From: Antedon mediterranea
Lineage: Eukaryota; Animalia; Echinodermata
Reading direction: 5' to 3'
Length of the DNA: 64,000 bases
Assembly: GCF_964355755.1 (NCBI RefSeq)
Contig: NC_092673.1
Location: forward strand, 1,798,001-1,862,000
Shown: in pieces, positions 61,301 to 64,000 of the stretch
Layout of the letters: every line of letters begins with the position of its first letter
Numbering within the stretch: position 1 is the first letter of the stretch
Translations under genes and position numbers: made by a program
The notes under the pieces: generated by a model
The model's input: only the letters and a program-made list of their open reading frames with translations
Told to the model about the DNA's origin: nothing
Database searches by the model: none

Positions 61301-64000
61301 AGACCAAATATAGTATAATCACATTTTCAGTACACAAATTCTTCTTGTTAAACATGTTTACCAAAAAGACAACCTACAAACTTATTTAGTGTGTGATATT
61401 TTCTTGAAACAGTTTAAACTTTGCACTAATTTAGTTAATGTATTGTGATATTTTTATGATAATAGTTTAATGTTTATGTGATATTTTCTTGAAACAGTTT
61501 AAGTTTAGCATTCATACTGTGTATTTTTTCTTCTAATTAAACTTGGTATCCATTTATTAGTATTATTATTATTGTGTTTATTATTTAAAATCAAACAACT
61601 CCTGAAATCCCACTTTTTTAATTTGCATTTTCTTTAGTTTTTGCTCTTCTTTTTTCTGTTGATTATTCAGCGCTTAGAGCCGTCCTGCATTTTGCGCTAT
61701 AGTAAATTGAACATTATTATTTAAATTATATTGTTTTTTTATTTTTTTTTTGTGATTTGGAAATGATTAATGTTAATCATAAATCAGCAGTTACTGCTAT
61801 TAATCATGTACATATTTAAATAATAAACTATTTGATTGTGATTTTATAGTTTTTCTGTGTATTTTATTAAGAAATGTTTTATTTTACATACAAACTGAAT
61901 TTATATATCATCATTTTTTTTATTCAGTTACCAAACTCAAATACAAGTCTCTGGTTGCGGCTTATGGCAATTAAATCTCCTGCTACTGTTTCTTAATTAA
62001 TTAATTATTAGTTGTTCTTGTGAACTGGGCTACTATACCTCCAATATTTTTATTTTTGTCAAGGCTTTGTCTCTAAACTTATTTTGGCCTTCTTCTGCAT
62101 ACTTTTTTTTTGTAGTAGCGTAATTTTGTTCTTTCATTGTACATGTTATGCGTGTGCAGAAAACAATAAAAAAAACTCATGCACTGAGCCTAAAGGGTGC
62201 TTTTTACTGCTACCTGACTAGAGAACAGTCAACCGCATGTGATTGGTAAACATACCTAGGCTCACTGGGATTATACTCGTATTGTATGTAAATAATTTGT
62301 AGAATTTACCTGTGAAAACTGTGGAAAAATACTGATAGCAACCGGAAGAGCACATCCAAATGATAAAGTCACCACGACTGCATTCACAGCTAAAGTTAAA
62401 CGTGGATTACCACGCAAGAATTTAGTCCTGAAACAAAGCAAGATAATGCATAAATTGGAACTTTCTTTTCAAAATCGATGGCCTCAGCAGGAAGACACAA
62501 TAAATGGTCAACTACAACTACAAAGGAGGTATAAAAGAAATTGCACATGTTGAAACTTACTTTTCCAAATAAGACATCAAGATTGGTGGTATCAGCAGGA
62601 TAGGAGCAGGAAGAACCATTCGAGTTAGTGCAGTCTGCATCAAGGCCTAACATTACATACAAAATAACAAGTTGTTATATTATTTACAAAAATTTCTTGT
62701 TAATTCTGGAAGATTTGATTGATGTTTCTGTTAGTTGTTTTAAAATGTTGTATTTGATTAATCTGAGTCGCCTTGAAGCTAAGGTGGTTCCATCTTGTAA
62801 GGCGCCTCTGTGTAATATACTGAATAACAAAAATAATTTTAAAAAATAACAAACGTATTTGAAAATCAACATTTACTATTGTACTTTCAACAAGTTTTGC
62901 TTTTAGAAAGCCGCGCCTCCTTCATTTCATATTTTATATTTATACTTATTGTTTATGAAGGAAATAAATGTTTTATTTTTAATGAATGTATGAAAAAAAT
63001 TGTTGTACAAGTATTGAACTATGCACATGTTTAGTTGACAACCCAATGACTACCCCACTTAGATAAACCCCTTTCAGACTAAGTTTGGTTCTCGTCAACC
63101 AGCATAAATAAAAAAAGTTCATCTTTCATATTTTTAAAAATAATAAATACAGGGGTTAAATGATGATTGATTGTTAAGGATTTTATGATTGCACACATGT
63201 TGTTAGAATCTGGTGATGAAAGCTTACACAAAATACTGCACCAACATTTTTTTGAAGTGCTTGTGAGAACCATGGCATAAAATTACAAGAGTCTTGAACA
63301 AACAAGAATCTCACCTTTTTAGCTGCTATTTTTGATGTTCCTACAGAATTACCTTTGTCGTCCATTACATCAATTCCTTCATACAATTCACCATATCTCA
63401 TTAAGATACAGTTACAAGTACTGGCAGTTGCTACAAAAAATAATGCAGTGTGTAATTAATTGCAATGACAGACTGTAAACATCGAAAGGTTCAAAGGGGA
63501 GAGGGGTGCTTTGGTGGTGATTGCGCAATTAATTCAAAGGGGATGAGTGTAAGGGGAACGGGGTAAGGGGTTGTGTAATGGGAATGGGGTACAAAGAGGA
63601 TGAGTAAGGAGAATGGGGTACAAAGAGGATGAGTAAGAAGATTGGGGTACAAAGGGGATGAGTAAGGAGAATGGGGTACAAAGGGGATGGGGTAAAGGGC
63701 AGTAGATCAGCGAGGAAATACTTACCTACAGCAGGAAATGGAACGAACCTCTGAACAAGGAATCTGGTGCTGGCTTTTAATTTAGTTGCTCTTTTAAGTA
63801 ACATATTCAGACTCACCTAAGGTATGAAAATAAAGAAAATCAGGTGGTGTGGAAGGGGATTCAGTAGGGTGGGAGATTAAGCATTTATTCCAGCATTATT
63901 ACTAGGCAGTTTCTCTTACAAAGTAACAAAATACAAAAAAAAAATTGTTAAAATTACCGCAATTGTACATGCACTACCAACAGCTGCAAAGTAACCCATC
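58310..64000 (-). CDS. SFXN5: Sideroflexin-5, 3' part (5' exons lie beyond the window)
   Basis: Exons 63958-64000, 63726-63816 ([13 protein letters not shown]), 63315-63430 ([13 protein letters not shown]), 62561-62646 ([13 protein letters not shown]), 62310-62427 ([14 protein letters not shown]), 58310-58387 (MYNKGL*). Confidence 0.93.
59350..61236 (+). CDS. RING-less TRIM-NHL protein (B-box x2, coiled coil, filamin-like Ig, NHL propeller), single coding exon
   Basis: [45 protein letters not shown], a coiled coil, [17 protein letters not shown], then PYGIHID and PWAVVVD repeats. The ATG follows an acceptor-like ttgcag. Confidence 0.9.
   Translation: MATSNNPKIAKKPEMKCICENKEQVENYCQECEHYLCHSCSKPHKLLPTTKKHTLLSADEVQTMTPQQFALLKPAICFTHDKPLEMYCTTCKVPICINCTVTRHKATEDHDTIDVATAFNTFKETAKELQRAADKYTKKLNYGIQSGNRIAEKLKESKETSLRGIRHQVQEMINIIKKNGDKMEKKVQAIYENYTAVNDGHMKKLREIKSELKENEEFLDELVKGEPATAMTLSESALKTLKDQINNSIETKPKDNGSISFFGNRNQIDLLKQHNIGNVTQVIDYLTVTAPEAVTQGQPIVMKISKPQTCISPKLKATWTPPSGKTNNALVEDDNNDNYVIRGVCTTEGICTLNVHINDAPINQSPINIKVEKEGLVNEIRLDVKTYGLLKCDDGDLLVSCFTNEIYKYLQSEKYVNKIILPKDVEVNRMYKMKNYKIVFSDTGNKCIQVCDMNGKMIKSIGKGKLTEPYGIHIDEKTNVVYVADFTTGCCILTFDINSGEELIKIGQQKGGQFKYSDVTLTKTGEVLLVDRENHQVLLYDKDNKSLKVLIDKGLEDGKVHTPWAVVVDDDDNIIIASDNKVQLFSSDGQFIKIISGDNSHQLCVISSHPRRIAIPYWIYNTIKIFNY
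63535..63700. repeat. ~28-bp G-rich minisatellite in an SFXN5 intron
   Basis: ggggtacaaagaggatgagtaaggagaat tandem units. Confidence 0.85.

Noticed and set aside
62684-62872. SFXN5 exon candidate
   Set aside because: Flanking exons 63315-63430 and 62561-62646 already join in phase and match the family.

Overview
AT-rich, intron-rich eukaryotic DNA from an invertebrate animal; the gene content and a Deu-domain SINE suggest an echinoderm-like deuterostome (inference). Most ORF-track entries are single exons or noise. Reading splice sites by hand supports these genes: a Tie-like Ig/EGF/FN3 receptor with no kinase domain (+, 58-6074); TMEM128 (+); CFAP206 (-, with an RFX X-box upstream); and two tandem micro-exon paralogues (-, 22200-29154 and 38225-45961) carrying repeated DSGxxS beta-TrCP-type degrons, only one of which ends in a RING-H2 domain. 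Further along are LYAR (-), a MAVS-like CARD+death-domain adaptor (-), and the 3' half of SFXN5 (-) with a RING-less TRIM-NHL gene nested antisense in its last intron. Repeats include a near-intact RTE LINE, several LINE 3' fragments, SINEs, many MITEs, a 185-bp satellite inside a foldback-like element, a 33-bp minisatellite that supplies the TMEM128 stop codon, Penelope-type hammerhead remnants and a ~200-nt hairpin downstream of SFXN5. The best candidate for an undescribed system is the degron-array RING/RING-less pair, which lies near the MAVS-like and TRIM genes. All exon models are manual and unverified by transcript data.
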